DNA of 64,000 bases. It comes from Bacteroidota bacterium. GTDB taxonomy: Bacteria; Bacteroidota; Bacteroidia; JABEUT01. The position numbers were made by a program, and so were the translations under genes. The stretch lies in NCBI GenBank assembly GCA_013289165.1, contig JABDAL010000003.1, positions 6,726-70,725 on the forward strand. The letters run 5' to 3'. Below, one piece after another: positions 38,429 to 49,249 of this stretch. The notes below the pieces were generated by a model. It had not been told where the DNA came from and did no database searches. It saw only the letters and a program-made list of their open reading frames with translations. Numbering within the stretch: position 1 is the first letter of the stretch; each line of letters starts with the position of its first letter.

Positions 38429-40303
38429 ATGCCTGGTGAAATAAAAATGACGGATAAAATTTTTAAACGCTCATTTTTTATTCTTTCTGCATGTATTTTA
38501 GTTGTATTTATTATTCGCGCTATTGTGGTGCCTTTTTGCCACGATGAGACAGCTACGTTCTTTTATTACATCCAACCGGGAGATTTTTTACCCTATACAT
38601 CGCACCTTGACACCAACAATCATACGCTGAATAGTTTTCTTGCGTGGATTTGTTTTCATTTATTTGGAGATTCTCCCATTTCTCTCAGGCTTCCTAACCT
38701 AGTAGCATTAGTGGTATTAATTTTTGCTGTGTATAGATTGGCTGAGAAGTTGAATTACACTTCAGCAAAAATAATCCTTGTTGCAGGGTTGTTACTTTCT
38801 TTTCACTGGTTAAATTTTTTTGATGTCTGCCGTGGCTATGGAATTTCTATGGCACTCATGGCACTTGCATTTAGTTATGTGCCCGATTACATAGAAGATA
38901 AGAGATTGCTTCACATTTTGAAAATCTACATTCTTCTCGACCTGGCTATTTGTGCCAATCTTATGCTCATTATTGTTGCTTTGTTGGCTACTGCCTTAAT
39001 AGTTCTTTTTCAATTATACCATCGCCGCTTTTTTAAAGCAAACAATATTATCCTGGTGCTTATTCATGGCGCAATTGTTTTCTTCTGGGTAAAATATTCA
39101 TTCTTCCTGCAACACTACCTACAGCCGCTCAACTTTACTTTTGCCGGGCAAGGCAGCAGTTACTGGAGAGTAACTTTTGAAACGCTTATATACGCTATTG
39201 TTGGGAAGCAAAATGTTTGGATAGATGTTTCTATCATTCTTATCTATATTTCCCTAATGGCAGCAGGCTTGTACTTTCTTATAAAGAACAGGAAAAAGCA
39301 ACCATCACATCAAAGTACTTATAGTCTCTTCCTCATAGTTTTTCTTAATGGGCTTGTCATCGGTTTTTATCTCCTGAAAAAGCTATGTGGAATAAATTTC
39401 CCCGAGGATAGAACAGGGCTCTTTTTTTATGTCTTGTTTATTTTGAATGCAGCGTTCATAGTAGACATGCTGAAGCCCCGATTCTCTAATTCCATTGCAG
39501 TAGTAACCTTTTTTGCTTTTGCACTGCACTTTGCATCGAATCTGAATTTTCGCAAACATTCATTGGATATGTATGACATCATACCGGAACGTTTCTATGA
39601 CAGATTGCTGCAAGAGCAAAAACAAAATCCTCAAAAAATAACGGTAGGCGGGAACAGGTTCAGGGAGCTTTTTTACGCATTTATGAATTACAGGCACAAT
39701 GGAGAATTGAACCTGATGGATATACCCGACGACCCCAATGATATGTGCATGACGGATGATTATTATGTTGCATTAAAAGTGAATAGAAAAGACTATCTGC
39801 CATACTATACGGAGATAGATACCGATAAAGATTATGGTTTTGCATTATTAAAACGCAAACAATTTCTTACCCGGAAGCCTCTTTTTGTATTTGGCAGGCA
39901 GGAGTTGGAAATTGATAAAACAAAAGAATATTCTAATTTCTTTGATATTAAAGATACCACCTTTAATACCCTCGAACCCTTGTTAGTCGAATTGAATTTT
40001 ACTGTTCCGGATGGTGATATGCCCTCATATTCATGGATTGTTTTGGGACTGGATAGTGCGGAAGGGAAAACAGAATACTATAAACGGATACCGATGAACT
40101 GGGTAAAATATAATTGGGCCGGTACGGAAAATAATGATTTGGTTCTCGAAACTGGGCCGCTCCCTAAAAAAGTACACAGGCTGGTATGTTACTTATGGAA
40201 TGGGAAAGGACAAAAGCTGAAAATAGCAGTAAATACTATAAAAATATTCCAGTTAGAAGGTTATGGCTCTAATGTGGACATCCATGCAAAAGGGAACTTT
40301 TAA
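38429..40303 (+). CDS. polytopic membrane protein, GT-C (ArnT/PMT-like) glycosyltransferase-like, with a soluble C-terminal domain
   Basis: 624-aa ORF with about 10 or more hydrophobic helices in the first ~400 aa. The first loop has an acidic motif (CHDETATFFYY) as in GT-C enzymes, followed by a ~230-aa non-membrane tail. The assignment is tentative. Confidence 0.5.
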   Translation: MPGEIKMTDKIFKRSFFILSACILVVFIIRAIVVPFCHDETATFFYYIQPGDFLPYTSHLDTNNHTLNSFLAWICFHLFGDSPISLRLPNLVALVVLIFAVYRLAEKLNYTSAKIILVAGLLLSFHWLNFFDVCRGYGISMALMALAFSYVPDYIEDKRLLHILKIYILLDLAICANLMLIIVALLATALIVLFQLYHRRFFKANNIILVLIHGAIVFFWVKYSFFLQHYLQPLNFTFAGQGSSYWRVTFETLIYAIVGKQNVWIDVSIILIYISLMAAGLYFLIKNRKKQPSHQSTYSLFLIVFLNGLVIGFYLLKKLCGINFPEDRTGLFFYVLFILNAAFIVDMLKPRFSNSIAVVTFFAFALHFASNLNFRKHSLDMYDIIPERFYDRLLQEQKQNPQKITVGGNRFRELFYAFMNYRHNGELNLMDIPDDPNDMCMTDDYYVALKVNRKDYLPYYTEIDTDKDYGFALLKRKQFLTRKPLFVFGRQELEIDKTKEYSNFFDIKDTTFNTLEPLLVELNFTVPDGDMPSYSWIVLGLDSAEGKTEYYKRIPMNWVKYNWAGTENNDLVLETGPLPKKVHRLVCYLWNGKGQKLKIAVNTIKIFQLEGYGSNVDIHAKGNF

Positions 40304-40333
40304 GTAGTCAATATGGGGTTATAAAATTACTCC

Positions 40334-40341
40334 TATTTTTG
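40334..40341 (+). promoter_or_regulatory. Bacteroidota -7 promoter box (TAnnTTTG)
   Basis: TATTTTTG lies 69 nt upstream of the ATG at 40410. Confidence 0.4.
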
Positions 40342-40409
40342 CGGAGGTTTCGTGACTCTTAAATGTGAATGGTCACTTTGTAAATTAATAATCGTTTAAT
40401 CATATTCTT

Positions 40410-42200
40410 ATGGCAACTAATAATAGCAATGTACTTAAAGGTGGAGAATTCTTGGTAAAAGAATCTTCTTACAAGGATATCTTTATTCCCGAAGATTTTA
40501 CCGAAGAACAAAAAATGATAGCCCAGAGTTGCCATGATTTTCTTGCCCAGGAAGTATGGCCTGTTTTGGACCGCATAGATGACAAAGAAGAAGGCCTGAT
40601 GGTGAAAATTATGGATAAGGCTGCTGAATTAGGGCTCCTGGGATTAAATATACCTGAGCAATACGGAGGATTTGAGAAAGACTTTGTTACCGGGATGCTT
40701 TCTACCGAAAGTGTAGGGGCAGGTAATTCTTTCGCGGTAACTATTGCAGCACATACCGGGATTGGGACACTTCCAATTCTTTACTATGGCAATGAAGAGC
40801 AAAAGAAAAAATATCTCCCCAAGCTTGCATCCGGAGAATGGAAAGCCTCTTACTGCCTTACAGAACCGGGCTCAGGCTCCGATGCCAATTCAGGTAAAAC
40901 AAAAGCTACCTTGTCTTCCGATGGGAAGTACTACCTGATTAACGGGCAAAAAATGTGGATAACAAATGCCGGTTTTGCAGATGTATTTATAGTGTTTGCA
41001 AAAATTGATAATGATAAAAACCTGAGTGCTTTTATCGTGGAAAAAACATTTGGAGGCATTACATTAAATCCTGAAGAGCACAAAATGGGTATCAAAGGAA
41101 GCTCCACCCGCCAGATATTTTTTAATGATTGTAAAGTTCCCGTTTCTAATCTGTTGTCGGAACGTGCCAACGGTTTCAAAATTGCTGTTAATATATTAAA
41201 TGTGGGCCGTATAAAGCTTGCTGCTGCTGCATTAGGAGGTTCCAAAGCAATTATTGGCCATGCCGTGGAATATGCTAATCAGCGTAACCAGTTTGGTCAC
41301 CCTATAGGAACGTATGGAGCTATCCAGCACAAGTTGGGCGAACAGGCTATACTGGCATTTGCCTGCGAATCGGCTCTCTACCGTGCTACCCGTAATATTG
41401 AAGATGCTATCAGCGGCCTTGCGGAAAAAGGGATGGAAAAAACTCAGGCTATTTTAAAAGGAACAGAGGAGTTTGCCGTGGAGGCAGCTATTATGAAAAT
41501 ATTCGGCTCCGAATCGCTGAACTATATTGTAGATGAGGGCGTGCAGATATATGGCGGAATGGGCTATTCTGCCGAGGGGCCTATGGAAAGAGCATACCGC
41601 GATTCGCGCATTAACCGCATATTTGAAGGAACAAATGAAATCAACCGCATGTTGATTTTAGATATGATGATTAAACGTGCTCTGAAAGGGGAAATAGATT
41701 TGCTGGGGCCTGCACAGAAAGTGGCCGGAGAACTACTATCTATCCCTGACATGGGCACTGAGGACGATACGCTCTTCTCAAAAGAAAAATCGTATTTGAA
41801 GAATTTTAAAAAAGCCGCTTTAATGGTAGCCGGGGCAGCAGTACGTAAACTTATGACACAGCTCCAAACGGAGCAGGAAATTGTAATGGATTTGGCCGAT
41901 ATGCTTATTGAACTCTATGTAGGCGAATCGCTACAATTGCGTGTGGAGAAGCTTTTTAGTACAAAAGGCGAGCAGGAATGTGCCCTGCAATTAGATATGG
42001 TACGGGTATGGCTAAGTGATTCAGCAGAAAGAATTTATAAATCAGGCAGGGATGCCGTTTATGCCTTTGCGGAAGGCGATGAACAAAAAGTAATGCTTTC
42101 CGGCCTCAGGCGATTTACCAAAACTGATGCCTTCAATACTAAGAATGCCCGGCGCAGGATTGCCAATAAAATGTTGGCAGAGAATAAGTATTGTTTCTAA
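40410..42200 (+). CDS. long-form acyl-CoA dehydrogenase (FadE-like)
   Basis: 596-aa ORF with ACAD motifs (CLTEPGSGSDA, QIYGGMGYSAE, RIFEGTNEI) plus a C-terminal extension. Confidence 0.88.
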   Translation: MATNNSNVLKGGEFLVKESSYKDIFIPEDFTEEQKMIAQSCHDFLAQEVWPVLDRIDDKEEGLMVKIMDKAAELGLLGLNIPEQYGGFEKDFVTGMLSTESVGAGNSFAVTIAAHTGIGTLPILYYGNEEQKKKYLPKLASGEWKASYCLTEPGSGSDANSGKTKATLSSDGKYYLINGQKMWITNAGFADVFIVFAKIDNDKNLSAFIVEKTFGGITLNPEEHKMGIKGSSTRQIFFNDCKVPVSNLLSERANGFKIAVNILNVGRIKLAAAALGGSKAIIGHAVEYANQRNQFGHPIGTYGAIQHKLGEQAILAFACESALYRATRNIEDAISGLAEKGMEKTQAILKGTEEFAVEAAIMKIFGSESLNYIVDEGVQIYGGMGYSAEGPMERAYRDSRINRIFEGTNEINRMLILDMMIKRALKGEIDLLGPAQKVAGELLSIPDMGTEDDTLFSKEKSYLKNFKKAALMVAGAAVRKLMTQLQTEQEIVMDLADMLIELYVGESLQLRVEKLFSTKGEQECALQLDMVRVWLSDSAERIYKSGRDAVYAFAEGDEQKVMLSGLRRFTKTDAFNTKNARRRIANKMLAENKYCF

Positions 42201-42278
42201 ATAAACTAAGATGCTCCGTAAATCTATTTCGCAGAGGAAGCATCATATTTCATACTTAATTCGGAATCCATAAAAGAA

Positions 42279-43316
42279 ATGGAGTTAAAAAATACAACCT
42301 TTCCTCTCGTTTATTACCGTATGCCCAATGAAAAGGATGCGTGGTTTTTGCAAAGTGAGGAAAATGCGAGAGAAATAAGTTCTTTGCAAAATATGCCTGC
42401 TGAAACTGGATTTATCCTATATCCTTTTTCATTGGAAAGTTCTTCCAGGCCTTTGTTTATTCAGGCCTATAAACATATTCAACGCTCGTTGGATGACCTT
42501 ATTTTGGATAACATAAACTGGAACGTTAAAAGCAAAACTTCTTTTGAAAAAACCAAAACAAAAGAGGAATACTGTAGAGATATTGCATCGGCAGTAGATT
42601 TTATAAATACGCGGGAAATACATAAAGTAGTCCTGTCAAGGATGAAACTGATAGATACTACCAGCTTTCAAAACCCTTTAGAGATATTTACCAAGTTATG
42701 TAATAAATATCCTGCTGCTTTTATTTCATTGGTATATATCCCCGGAAAGGTTTTATGGATAACTGCCACGCCCGAATTGCTTGTTTCCGCGAGTAAGCAT
42801 GAAATAAAAACGGTTTCCCTCGCAGGTACTAAGCCTGCAAATAGTACAGAGGAGTGGGGTGAGAAAGAGAAAATGGAACAGCAAATAGTTACAGATTATA
42901 TACATGGTATATTGAAACAATATTGTGAAAATGTCACTGTTTCAGATGCCCAAGAAGCTATTGCGGGTAATGTGAAACATCTCAAGTCTTCTTTTTCTGC
43001 AATCTTGCAAAAAGGCTTATGGAGCCTTGTTTCAGCTTTGCATCCTACCCCTGCGGTGTGTGGTATCCCGCTTGCAAAGGCAGAGGAGTTCATTGCCCGT
43101 ACAGAACAATATAACAGGAAGTATTACGCAGGCTTTCTGGGCCCTTGTAATGTGGAAGGAAATACAAATTTATTTGTTAATCTGCGGTGTGCAGAGGTAT
43201 TCACCGATAGTGTAAACTTGTATATTGGCGGAGGAATTACCGGGGATTCTATACCGGAAAAAGAGTGGGAAGAAACAGAATTGAAGTCAAGAACATTGTT
43301 AGCCGTTCTCCAATAA
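42279..43316 (+). CDS. menF: isochorismate synthase
   Basis: 345-aa ORF from the chorismate-binding family (LHPTPAVCGIP, YYAGFLGP, NLRC, GGGIT). It is the first gene of the men cluster. Confidence 0.85.
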   Translation: MELKNTTFPLVYYRMPNEKDAWFLQSEENAREISSLQNMPAETGFILYPFSLESSSRPLFIQAYKHIQRSLDDLILDNINWNVKSKTSFEKTKTKEEYCRDIASAVDFINTREIHKVVLSRMKLIDTTSFQNPLEIFTKLCNKYPAAFISLVYIPGKVLWITATPELLVSASKHEIKTVSLAGTKPANSTEEWGEKEKMEQQIVTDYIHGILKQYCENVTVSDAQEAIAGNVKHLKSSFSAILQKGLWSLVSALHPTPAVCGIPLAKAEEFIARTEQYNRKYYAGFLGPCNVEGNTNLFVNLRCAEVFTDSVNLYIGGGITGDSIPEKEWEETELKSRTLLAVLQ

Positions 43317-45035
43317 ATGGGAGTAAAGAAAAGTAATAAAACCAGCGATAAGTCAATTGCAAGAATGCTTGCAGAGCTTTCGGCAATGAAGGGAATAAGG
43401 CACGTGGTGATTTCTTCCGGCTCGCGTAATGCCCCGCTGGCCATTGCTTTTGATGCACAAACAGGTATAGAATCTTTATGTATAATTGATGAGAGAAGTG
43501 CTGCTTTTTTTGCGCTTGGTATTGCCCAGCAAACGAATAAACCGGTTGGATTAATTTGTACATCGGGTTCAGCGGTGTTGAATTATGCTCCCGCAATTTC
43601 TGAGGCATTTTACCAAAAAATTCCATTAGTAGTCATTACCGCTGACCGTCCTCATGAGTGGGTTGACCAGGATGATGGGCAGACCATCAGGCAGCAATCC
43701 ATATATGCTAATTATTGCAAAGCCTCTTTTAATCTTCCCGTGGAAACAGTGCACCCTGATGAATTTTGGTATGTTCAACGAACAGTTTCCGAAGCTTTCA
43801 ACAGGGCGGCTGAACCGGGTAACGAAGGGCCGGTACATATTAATGTCCCATTTAGGGAGCCTCTTTACAAGGAGGTCGAAAAAGGAAAAGCAGGCTACAG
43901 GACTATTGATATACCGCGAACAGTAAGGCAATTGGATAAAGAAGATGAAAAGAAATTGCTTTCTGCTTGGAACAATGCACAGAAAAAAATAATTATATGC
44001 GGGCTTCATAAACCCGATAAAGAACTAAATAAATTGTTGGCAAGGCTGGCTGATAATTCCTCCGTAGCTGTTTTTACAGAGACTACGTCAAATATGCAAA
44101 GCGGTAAATTTATTGGCAATGTGGATGCAGTGGTAGATTCATTTAACGAAGGTGATAAAATAGTATTTCAACCGGAACTCTTAATTACCCTGGGAGGCCC
44201 GGTTACCAGCAAAAAGCTAAAAATGTATCTTCGTAAATACAGGCCTCATCAGCATTGGCATATCTCGCCGGCAGCCGAGCACATTGATACTTACCAGTCA
44301 CTAACAAACGTTTTGACTGTTGATGAAAAATATTTTATTGATTTACTTTCCAGGCATCACAGTAAAGGCAAGAACAAATACCATAGCAACCTAGCCAGTA
44401 TTTCAAGAAGAGGATATAAAACCCTTCGGATATATTGCAAAAAAACCCCCTTTTCCGATTTTAAAGTGATGGATATTATTTTGGATAATATTCCACGTAA
44501 CTCCGATTTGCACCTTGGGAATAGTACTCCAATACGCTATGCGAATTTGTTTGAAACAGATGCAAAAAACAATATTAAATATTTTTGTAACCGGGGTGTA
44601 AGCGGCATTGATGGCGTTACGAGTACGGCTACTGGAGCGGCTTGCAGTACGAAGCGGATAGTTACACTTATAACAGGCGATGTGGGGTTTTTTTACGATT
44701 CGAATGCTTTGTGGAGTAAACATCTTAGCAGCAATTTGCGAATCATTGTCATCAATAACCGCGGCGGAGGTATATTCCGTTTGATAGATTCAAAAGATAC
44801 TCCTTTGCTTGAAAAATATTTCGAGGCAAAACATAACATGAGTGCAGAAGGCTTAGCCAGGGCTCATAACATACCATATTATGCTGCTCAAAATGAGAAT
44901 GAGTTAGAGCAGAACATGGATAAATTATATAAAGAACATAAATCAAAACCTGCGATATTGGAAGTATTCACCCCTAATGAACTGAATGCAGAAATATGGT
45001 CAGGATATTTTAAATCGTTGAAAAATGAAGACTGA
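43317..45035 (+). CDS. menD: SEPHCHC synthase (2-succinyl-5-enolpyruvyl-6-hydroxy-3-cyclohexene-1-carboxylate synthase)
   Basis: 572-aa ThDP-enzyme-like ORF (GSRNAPL, ..[14 protein letters not shown].., NNRGGGIF) in men context. Confidence 0.9.
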   Translation: MGVKKSNKTSDKSIARMLAELSAMKGIRHVVISSGSRNAPLAIAFDAQTGIESLCIIDERSAAFFALGIAQQTNKPVGLICTSGSAVLNYAPAISEAFYQKIPLVVITADRPHEWVDQDDGQTIRQQSIYANYCKASFNLPVETVHPDEFWYVQRTVSEAFNRAAEPGNEGPVHINVPFREPLYKEVEKGKAGYRTIDIPRTVRQLDKEDEKKLLSAWNNAQKKIIICGLHKPDKELNKLLARLADNSSVAVFTETTSNMQSGKFIGNVDAVVDSFNEGDKIVFQPELLITLGGPVTSKKLKMYLRKYRPHQHWHISPAAEHIDTYQSLTNVLTVDEKYFIDLLSRHHSKGKNKYHSNLASISRRGYKTLRIYCKKTPFSDFKVMDIILDNIPRNSDLHLGNSTPIRYANLFETDAKNNIKYFCNRGVSGIDGVTSTATGAACSTKRIVTLITGDVGFFYDSNALWSKHLSSNLRIIVINNRGGGIFRLIDSKDTPLLEKYFEAKHNMSAEGLARAHNIPYYAAQNENELEQNMDKLYKEHKSKPAILEVFTPNELNAEIWSGYFKSLKNED

Positions 45036-45852
45036 AATCCGGAAATGGGAAACCATAAAAAAGTATAAAGAAATTCTTTTTACTTTTCATAAAGGTATAG
45101 CCAAAATAAGTATCAATCGCCCGAAGGTGCACAATGCTTTCACTCCTCTCACGGTGGAAGAAATGATAGATGCTATGGTTATTTGTAGGGAGCGCACGGA
45201 TATCGGTACGGTAATATTAACAGGTGAAGGTGGAAAAGCATTTTGCTCCGGTGGCGATCAAAGTGTACGTGGACACGGTGGATATGTTGGGAAAGACAAA
45301 GTTCCTCGCCTGAATGTATTGGACCTGCAAAAATTAATTCGTTCCATCCCCAAGCCGGTAATTGCTATGGTGGCAGGCTGGGCAATTGGAGGCGGTCATG
45401 TATTGCATGTGGTTTGCGATTTAACTATCGCTGCAGAAAATGCGCGCTTCGGACAAACAGGGCCCAAGGTAGGCAGCTTCGATGGAGGATTTGGCGCATC
45501 ATACCTTGCACGCATTGTGGGGCAAAAGAAGGCTCGTGAAATATGGTATCTCTGCGACCAATATAATGCACAGGAAGCACTGGATATGGGCCTGGTAAAT
45601 AAAGTTGTGCCCTTGAAGGAATTGGAAAATACCACCGTGGAATGGTGCAACAAGATTATGGAAAAGAGCCCTCTTGCTATACGGATGCTCAAAGCTTCTT
45701 TTAATGCTGAACTGGATGGGCAAGCGGGCTTGCAGGAACTGGCAGGCAATGCTACCTTGCTTTATTACCTGTCGGATGAAGCAAAAGAAGGTAAAAATGC
45801 ATTCCTGGAAAAACGCAAACCTGATTTCAGTAAGTTCCCAAAATTTCCATAA
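45025..45852 (+). CDS. menB: 1,4-dihydroxy-2-naphthoyl-CoA synthase
   Basis: 275-aa crotonase-fold ORF with MenB-type motifs ([27 protein letters not shown]). Confidence 0.93.
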   Translation: MKTEIRKWETIKKYKEILFTFHKGIAKISINRPKVHNAFTPLTVEEMIDAMVICRERTDIGTVILTGEGGKAFCSGGDQSVRGHGGYVGKDKVPRLNVLDLQKLIRSIPKPVIAMVAGWAIGGGHVLHVVCDLTIAAENARFGQTGPKVGSFDGGFGASYLARIVGQKKAREIWYLCDQYNAQEALDMGLVNKVVPLKELENTTVEWCNKIMEKSPLAIRMLKASFNAELDGQAGLQELAGNATLLYYLSDEAKEGKNAFLEKRKPDFSKFPKFP

Positions 45853-45854
45853 GT

Positions 45855-46766
45855 ATGAGTAAAGCCCGGGCTTGGGTAGTTGCCCTACGTTTGCGTACAT
45901 TACCTCTTGCATTAGCAAGTACAGGTATGGGAAATTTTCTCGCAGCAGGATTCCATGTGTTTAGCTGGAGAATATGTATACTTACTTCCCTCACTGCTGT
46001 GTTGTTGCAAATACTTTCCAACTTTGCAAATGACTACGGTGACTATAAGCATGGAGCAGATAATGAAGAGAGAATCGGCCCTCAACGGGGTTTGCAGAGC
46101 GGGCATATTTCTCTATCTTCCATGCGCAATGCAATAATTGCCTGTGTTGTTATAACCCTTGGCAGTGGCTGTTACTTGTTATATATAGCTACAAGAGAAT
46201 TAAATAATTCTGTTTTTATTTTGTTTTTCTTACTTGGTATACTCTGCATTGCTGCAGCCATCAAATACACGGTAGGAAAGAATCCCTATGGCTATTCAGG
46301 TTTTGGTGATGTGGCAGTTTTTATTTTTTTCGGAATAATTGGAGTTGCAGGTACATTCTTTTTGCAGGCAAAACAATTGAATCTGTTGATACTGTTACCT
46401 GCTGCCACATTGGGTTTCCTGAGTGCAGGAGTATTGAATGTAAATAACATGCGAGATATCAATAGTGATGGAGAAGCAGGCAAAAGAACTATTGTTGTAA
46501 GAATGGGTTTGAGAAATGCAAAAAGATACCACCTATTTTTAATCACAACAGCTTTTTTGTGTTTGGTACTTTTTTCTTTTTTAAATTCTAATTCCCCATG
46601 GCAATGGGTATTCCTGATAACCTCGCCACTTTTTATCAGGCATGTGGCTTCTGTTATGAAACAAGAATCTTCCGGAATGGATAAATACCTGAAACAGCTT
46701 GCTATTTCTACCCTGCTGCTTGTTCTGTGCTTTGGAATAGCTATTTCCTGTGTTCATTATGTATAA
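45855..46766 (+). CDS. menA: 1,4-dihydroxy-2-naphthoate polyprenyltransferase
   Basis: 303-aa polytopic UbiA-family ORF with the NDYGDYKHGAD motif. Confidence 0.9.
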   Translation: MSKARAWVVALRLRTLPLALASTGMGNFLAAGFHVFSWRICILTSLTAVLLQILSNFANDYGDYKHGADNEERIGPQRGLQSGHISLSSMRNAIIACVVITLGSGCYLLYIATRELNNSVFILFFLLGILCIAAAIKYTVGKNPYGYSGFGDVAVFIFFGIIGVAGTFFLQAKQLNLLILLPAATLGFLSAGVLNVNNMRDINSDGEAGKRTIVVRMGLRNAKRYHLFLITTAFLCLVLFSFLNSNSPWQWVFLITSPLFIRHVASVMKQESSGMDKYLKQLAISTLLLVLCFGIAISCVHYV

Positions 46767-47817
46767 AGCAAAATACGTAAAATATATACTAAAATTCAAA
46801 CACCCCTCCGGAACATCACGCGGTATTCTAACGGAGAAACCAGCTTATTTTATTAAATTTTGGGATGATGCCAATCCTGTAATAGTTGGAGTTGGCGAAT
46901 GTGGGTTATTGAAGGGATTGAGTATAGATGACAAGGAAGATTATGAGGAAGTATTGCGTCATGTTTGTGATAATATCAATGAGTATATTACTAATCCAAA
47001 AGATAAATTAATGCAATGGCCCTCCATTTGCTTCGGGCTTGAAATGACTCTGCTTGATTGGAGAATGGGAGGGAAGAGAATATTATTTCCATCTGCATTT
47101 ACGGATGGAGGAGAAGGGATACCCATCAATGGATTGATATGGATGGGTGATATTGGATTTATGAAAGAACAGTTGAGGAAAAAGGTTGAAGAGGGCTACC
47201 GGTGTATTAAGATTAAAGTTGGGGCGATAGAATTTGAAGAAGAATTGAAGTTCATTAATAATTTAAGAAAGGAGTATCCACAGAATTATTTTGAAATTCG
47301 TTTGGACGCAAATGGTGCGTTTCCCCCGGATGTAGTCCAGGAAAGATTAAGGCGATTGTCAAAACATACTATACATTCCATGGAACAACCCATCAAACAG
47401 GGAAATTGGGCTGCTATGGCTGAACTCTGCAAAAAATCTCCCATTCCCATTGCATTGGATGAAGAACTTATCGGGGTTCATTCTTTCGAAGAAAAAGAAA
47501 AATTGGTTTCCACTATTCTGCCTCAATATTTGATTCTAAAGCCCTCATTGCTGGGAGGATTCAAACATTGTGAAGAATGGATTGAATTGGCCAATAAATG
47601 TAAAATAGCATGGTGGATTACTTCCGCATTGGAATCTAACATAGGCCTGAATGCTATTGCCCAATGGACGTTCACGTTAAATAATAAACTTCCGCAGGGG
47701 TTGGGAACAGGACAATTATATACCAATAATATTGCGTCGCCACTTTTGATTGAAGATTCAAAACTCTGGTATATGGGCGATGAATGGAAAGTAGATAGAA
47801 TAGAAGAGGGGTCATGA
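46759..47817 (+). CDS. menC: o-succinylbenzoate synthase (enolase superfamily)
   Basis: Enolase-superfamily motifs (CIKIKVG, RLDANGAF, MEQP, LDEE) in men context. I prefer the ATG at 46759 over the track's GTG at 46750. Confidence 0.82.
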   Translation: MYKAKYVKYILKFKHPSGTSRGILTEKPAYFIKFWDDANPVIVGVGECGLLKGLSIDDKEDYEEVLRHVCDNINEYITNPKDKLMQWPSICFGLEMTLLDWRMGGKRILFPSAFTDGGEGIPINGLIWMGDIGFMKEQLRKKVEEGYRCIKIKVGAIEFEEELKFINNLRKEYPQNYFEIRLDANGAFPPDVVQERLRRLSKHTIHSMEQPIKQGNWAAMAELCKKSPIPIALDEELIGVHSFEEKEKLVSTILPQYLILKPSLLGGFKHCEEWIELANKCKIAWWITSALESNIGLNAIAQWTFTLNNKLPQGLGTGQLYTNNIASPLLIEDSKLWYMGDEWKVDRIEEGS

Positions 47818-48905
47818 ATTACCGGGAATCAATTACCATAAATGGCAAGAACTATAGCAAGATAGAATTGTTCGAACTTGTTCAGGCTAAGCTAAAAGAA
47901 AATAGTATTTCCGAATTTGAAAAATCTCTATACTCTTTTATCCGGGAATGGATTGCAGATGACGAAATAATCACTTCAAATACATCCGGAACAACGGGTG
48001 CACCTAAGACTATCAGCTTTCGGAAAGAGCAGGCAATAGCAAGCGCAAAAATGACCTGTGATTATTTTGGCCTGAATAAAAATACAAATGCCTTGCTCTG
48101 TCTCTCTCCTGAATATATTGCCGGAAAGATGATGCTCGTGCGTGCTTTTGTAAGTGGGATAAACCTTATCGTGTCTCCAGATACAAGTAATCCACTGATT
48201 AATATAAATACCGGGATTGATTTTGCGGCTATGGTACCTCTGCAAGTCGAGAATTGCATGAATGATGCTGGAACGAGAGATAAGTTTCAAACTATAACAA
48301 ATGTAATAATTGGTGGGGCGCCTATTTCTCATCAACTGGGAGAAAGGCTTTCGGAATGTAATAATAATGTGTATTCCACTTTTTCAATGACAGAAACTCT
48401 CAGTCATGTGGCATTACGCAAAATTAGTGGGGCAGAAGCGAAAGATTATTACGAAGGGCTTGCAGGTATTAACTTCTCTATAGATGAACGTGGCTGCCTG
48501 ATTATAAATGCCCCTAAATTGAATGACCTGCCCGTTGTTACCAATGATGTAGTTGAAATAATTAATCCGGCACATTTCCGGTGGTTAGGAAGATACGACA
48601 ATGTTATCAATAGTGGAGGAATTAAAATTTATCCCGAAATATTAGAAAGAAAGTTAAGCACAATACTATCCAATAATCAGTATTTTATTTCTTCTTTACG
48701 AGATGAAAAACTTGGACAAAAAGTAGTGATGGTGGTTGAAAATGCCAGCTTGGATATGATTAAAAACGTAGCCGGTTCAATGAAAAATATTCTATCAAAA
48801 TATGAAATCCCGAAAGAATATTACGTGGCAGATAAATTTATCGAAACCGCTACCGGTAAGATAAAGAAGGAGGAATCTTTGCAAATTTCGATAAGAGTTT
48901 TATAA
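47814..48905 (+). CDS. menE: o-succinylbenzoate-CoA ligase (short AMP-binding enzyme)
   Basis: 363-aa ORF with the AMP-binding motif TSGTTGAPK and a C-terminal GRYDNVINSGGIKIYPE. It is the last gene of the men cluster. Confidence 0.8.
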   Translation: MNYRESITINGKNYSKIELFELVQAKLKENSISEFEKSLYSFIREWIADDEIITSNTSGTTGAPKTISFRKEQAIASAKMTCDYFGLNKNTNALLCLSPEYIAGKMMLVRAFVSGINLIVSPDTSNPLININTGIDFAAMVPLQVENCMNDAGTRDKFQTITNVIIGGAPISHQLGERLSECNNNVYSTFSMTETLSHVALRKISGAEAKDYYEGLAGINFSIDERGCLIINAPKLNDLPVVTNDVVEIINPAHFRWLGRYDNVINSGGIKIYPEILERKLSTILSNNQYFISSLRDEKLGQKVVMVVENASLDMIKNVAGSMKNILSKYEIPKEYYVADKFIETATGKIKKEESLQISIRVL

Positions 48906-49247
48906 ACTCTCATTCAATTTTTTCAGTTCTAATAGTTCCTGTTTAATTTTTTTAAGGGAGGTGTACATAGCATCTCTTTCAAATGCTTCTTTGCGGTTTT
49001 CTTTCAAATATTTTTTTGTGCCCTCCAATGTAAATCCCTGTTCTTTAATAAGGTGATAAAGTACTCTCAGTTTTGCAATATCCTTTTCGGCATATTGCCT
49101 GTTGCCACGCCCATCCTTTGATAAATCGAGTAGAGAGGAAAATTCCTTTTCCCAAAAACGTAGCAGGGAAGTATTCACATGGAATATTTCTGCCACCTCT
49201 CCAATAGAGTAAAAAAGCTTAACCGTTTCTTTTTCCTTATAGGGCAT
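48900..49247 (-). CDS. MerR-family transcriptional regulator
   Basis: 115-aa ORF with an N-terminal HTH (YSIGEVAEIFHVNTSLLRFWEKEF) followed by a coiled-coil tail. Confidence 0.8.
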   Translation of the reverse strand: MPYKEKETVKLFYSIGEVAEIFHVNTSLLRFWEKEFSSLLDLSKDGRGNRQYAEKDIAKLRVLYHLIKEQGFTLEGTKKYLKENRKEAFERDAMYTSLKKIKQELLELKKLNESL

Positions 49248-49249
49248 TA

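Noticed and set aside
42210-42244. Imperfect hairpin (GATGCTCC..18 nt..GGAAGCATC) after the acyl-CoA dehydrogenase gene as a rho-independent terminator.
   Set aside because: The stem is bulged, the loop is long, and there is no following T-run. This is too weak to annotate.
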